From an uncultured Desulfovibrionaceae bacterium (lineage in GTDB: Bacteria; Desulfobacterota; Desulfovibrionia; Desulfovibrionales; Desulfovibrionaceae): DNA of 46,804 bases. Positions within the stretch are counted from its first letter, which is position 1. Each line of letters starts with the position of its first letter. The stretch is taken from assembly GCA_964370095.1 (NCBI GenBank), contig CAYJHJ010000007.1, positions 1-46,804 on the forward strand, given 5' to 3'. Positions 44,389 to 46,804 of the stretch are shown piece after piece. Below the pieces are notes generated by a model. The model was not told the DNA's origin and made no database searches. It worked only from the letters and a program-made list of their open reading frames with translations. The translations under genes and the position numbers were made by a program.

Positions 44389-46359
44389 TTAATCTAAAGT
44401 TAATTCAGCCCTCAATTTTTCTAATTCATTAATTTTTAATTCAATTTTTGAAAGTTCTTCCATAATTACTTCAACTTGCTTTTCAACCAAATGAAATTCT
44501 TTTAATAATTCAGTAGCTTTTATAGAATTTTCAAAAGTTGCAGAATCAGCTAAAAGACTTTCAATTTCCTGCTGTCTTTGAGCTATCTGTTCAAAATCTT
44601 TTTCTTTTTTTGCATAATCTTCTTGCAAAGGTTTTAGCTCTTTATAAATTCTATTTCTTTCATCTGCTTGAGCTCTTTTGATTTTTTTCAAATCTTCCCT
44701 TGAAATATTTTGTGAAGAGCTTTCATCTTTTAGATTTTCTTCTTCTTGAAATATAATTTTATGTTTGCGTTCACTATAATAGCTTTCAAAATTCGTATCA
44801 AATTGCTCTATGCCATTTTTTGACATTTCCCACACTTCATCAGCCACTTGTGAAAGCAAATATCTATCGTGGGCAACAAGAAGCAAAGTTCCGTCATAAA
44901 TATCTAAAGCCTCAACAAGTGCTTGCCTTGATTCAATATCTAAATGGTTTGTGGGTTCATCCATAATAAGAACATTGCTGCGGCGTAAAAAAAGTAAAGC
45001 AAGTGCAAGACGAGATTTTTCACCGCCTGACAATGTTTTGATAAATCTATCAAAATAGGTATGCCCCAACATAAAAAGACCAAGCACACTCATTAGTTCT
45101 TCTTCAGTGAGGTGCGGATCGGACAATCTTCTGATTTCGCTTAAAACTGTTGCGTTCGGAGCAAAAATTTCACCTTGATGCTGTGAAAAATAGCCAACTT
45201 TTGCTTGGCTTGCAAAAGCCATCGAGCCTGAATTTTTTTCCAAAACTCCTGCCAAAACCTTAAGTAAAGTTGACTTGCCGGAACCGTTATGCCCCACTAA
45301 GGCAATTTTTTGCCCACGAAAAAGCGAAAAAGTGAGTGGCTTCCAAACTCTTACATTATCAGGAAAAACAAAATCAAGTTCCGCCACACTCAAAACAACT
45401 TTTTCACACTTCATAGCTTCAGGAAAAGCAAAAGATAATTCACGCCTTTTCTTTTCGGGCTTTAATCCTTCAAGCTCTTTGCCTAGTTTTTGAGCCATCT
45501 TAAGCTTAGAATTTGATTGGCGTGCTTTTGAAGCCTTTGCGCCAAATCGGCGAACAAAGTCCATTTTCTTTTCAATTTCTGTTGAAATTCTTTTTGATTC
45601 CCTTTCTTTTTGTTCTTCAATTTCTTCTTGAATTAAAAGGAATTTTGAATAGGATGTTTTTCTGAAAATTGGCTTTGAGCCGCCCATATAAAGAATATGC
45701 GTGCCAATTTTATCCATAAAATATCTATCATGCGCAACAAAAATAAGAACGCCTTGATAAGCCATAAGAAACTCTTCAAGCCATTCAACAGCATCTAAAT
45801 CAAGATGGTTTGTTGGCTCATCAAGCAAAAGCACGTCTGCGCCAGCAACAAGCACACGGGCAAGTTTTGCTCTTTCACGCCAACCACCTGAAAGTTCTTT
45901 TAAAGGACGAAACCACTTATCTTCAGAAAAGCCAAGCCCTGACAAAATTTCTTGTGCTCTTTGCTCAGGGTTATAGCCAAATTTTGCTTCAATTTCGTGT
46001 TGTTTTTCAAGCATTTGTTTTATTTTATAGCTATCATTTTCAAGATGGGCTTTATCCCACTCTTCCCAAAAATCACTCCAATCAAATAAAACATCTATAA
46101 CAAAGGCCAATAAATTTGTTTCAAGTGTGTGTGCATCCAGGTTTTGCTCAACATAGCCAAGCCTACAGCCTTTAGGAAAAATCACCCTGCCGGCATCAGC
46201 CGTGTCAACTCCTGCAATAATGCGGATAAGTGTGGATTTACCACAGCCGTTTGCACCGCAGATAGCTAAACGAGTTCCTGAAGCAATATCTAGGGAAAAA
46301 TCCTTTAAAATATCGTTATTCCCATAAGATTTATAGAGATTTTGTAAAATAATATTCAT
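44389..46359 (-). CDS. ABC-F family ATPase (Uup/YheS-like, tandem ATP-binding cassettes with C-terminal coiled coil)
   Basis: 656 aa with two Walker A sites (GANGCGKST, GHNGSGKST), two signature motifs (LSGGWRERA, LSGGEKSRL), a charged inter-domain linker, no TM domain, and a C-terminal coiled-coil tail. Confidence 0.92.
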   Translation of the reverse strand: MNIILQNLYKSYGNNDILKDFSLDIASGTRLAICGANGCGKSTLIRIIAGVDTADAGRVIFPKGCRLGYVEQNLDAHTLETNLLAFVIDVLFDWSDFWEEWDKAHLENDSYKIKQMLEKQHEIEAKFGYNPEQRAQEILSGLGFSEDKWFRPLKELSGGWRERAKLARVLVAGADVLLLDEPTNHLDLDAVEWLEEFLMAYQGVLIFVAHDRYFMDKIGTHILYMGGSKPIFRKTSYSKFLLIQEEIEEQKERESKRISTEIEKKMDFVRRFGAKASKARQSNSKLKMAQKLGKELEGLKPEKKRRELSFAFPEAMKCEKVVLSVAELDFVFPDNVRVWKPLTFSLFRGQKIALVGHNGSGKSTLLKVLAGVLEKNSGSMAFASQAKVGYFSQHQGEIFAPNATVLSEIRRLSDPHLTEEELMSVLGLFMLGHTYFDRFIKTLSGGEKSRLALALLFLRRSNVLIMDEPTNHLDIESRQALVEALDIYDGTLLLVAHDRYLLSQVADEVWEMSKNGIEQFDTNFESYYSERKHKIIFQEEENLKDESSSQNISREDLKKIKRAQADERNRIYKELKPLQEDYAKKEKDFEQIAQRQQEIESLLADSATFENSIKATELLKEFHLVEKQVEVIMEELSKIELKINELEKLRAELTLD

Positions 46360-46362
46360 AAA

Positions 46363-46804
46363 TTAATCGCAAGGTTCACTTGAATTTTCATCGCAATAGC
46401 CGGCAACACCAAGGTTTAGCACATTGTTAAAGCTATTTTCATTTGAAGGCTGATAATCAGGAGAAAGTGAACGCAACTTTTCTAAGCCACTATTTTCTTG
46501 CGTACTTGTATTTGAATGATTTCCTGCTTTTAAATGGCTTGGAATACCTGTATATTCCACAAAAGGAATTCGTGAAGTTTTAGCAGCTTGCAAGCGAGAT
46601 TGGTTGACCAAAGTCTTAAATTGGACAAGGGCATTTGTAAAAGTATCAAAAAATTCAGCTTTTTTAGGATATTTTTGTGCTGTTTCCAAGGCTTCTTTTA
46701 AAGTTTTACCTTGCTTAACAATTTCTTCTATTTGTGCTATTACTGCAATATCATTGTGATTTTCAGCAACTGCGAACCATGCAATATCACCTTTTTGTGT
46801 ATTT
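46363..46804 (-). CDS. Hypothetical protein, 5'-truncated by the right window edge
   Basis: The reading frame stays open from the stop at 46363 to the window end (..NTQKGDIAWFAVAENHNDIAVIAQIEEIVKQGKTLKEALETAQKYPKK..). The TTG start in the ORF track is therefore probably internal. The stop is 3 nt before the ABC-F start. I recognise no family. Confidence 0.6.
   Translation of the reverse strand, partial: NTQKGDIAWFAVAENHNDIAVIAQIEEIVKQGKTLKEALETAQKYPKKAEFFDTFTNALVQFKTLVNQSRLQAAKTSRIPFVEYTGIPSHLKAGNHSNTSTQENSGLEKLRSLSPDYQPSNENSFNNVLNLGVAGYCDENSSEPCD

Overview
This is a visibly AT-rich 46.8-kb chromosomal segment that is densely packed with genes. I count about 40 protein genes, one truncated tRNA and one frameshifted gene. 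The gene content points to a Desulfovibrionaceae-type genome: a monocistronic tetraheme cytochrome c3, a perR-rubrerythrin pair, a sigma-54 enhancer-binding protein, DUF1844-argC, and lysC-cimA. The low GC suggests a host-associated, Lawsonia-like lineage, but that is inference from memory of these families, not a database hit.

Almost everything here is housekeeping:
- DNA repair and replication: uvrC, mutL, dnaX, ybaB, and an AlkA-like glycosylase.
- RNA modification: rlmB, rluB, tsaE, tadA, rsmD.
- LPS and envelope: DUF374-lpxL, a GT9 heptosyltransferase, hldD, mltD, lepB.
- Amino-acid metabolism: lysC, cimA, aspC, argC.
- Stress response: htpG, perR, rbr.

I found no mobile elements, CRISPR arrays, integrases, toxin-antitoxin pairs or recognisable defence islands. 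I cannot honestly point to a convincing new multi-gene system. The observations most worth follow-up are single-locus oddities:
1. An A9 tract in dnaX, at the tau/gamma position, with stop codons immediately downstream in both alternative frames.
2. A 39-codon ORF with a strong SD between lysC and an SD-less cimA. It looks like a diverged duplicate of the lysC 3' end.
3. An orphan acidic 132-aa ORF behind a 410-bp extremely AT-rich non-coding region, near a tRNA-Thr.
4. A membrane-anchored protein that follows mutL and has PilZ-type c-di-GMP motifs.
5. A tatD gene split by one extra A in an A8 run.
6. A sigma-54-like -24/-12 element buried in the 5' end of rlmB and facing mltD.
7. A sigma-54 activator whose receiver domain has lost every phospho-acceptor residue.
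8. An exported protein with two TonB-C/TolA-III-like modules.

All promoter calls are pattern matches in an AT-rich background and are low confidence.
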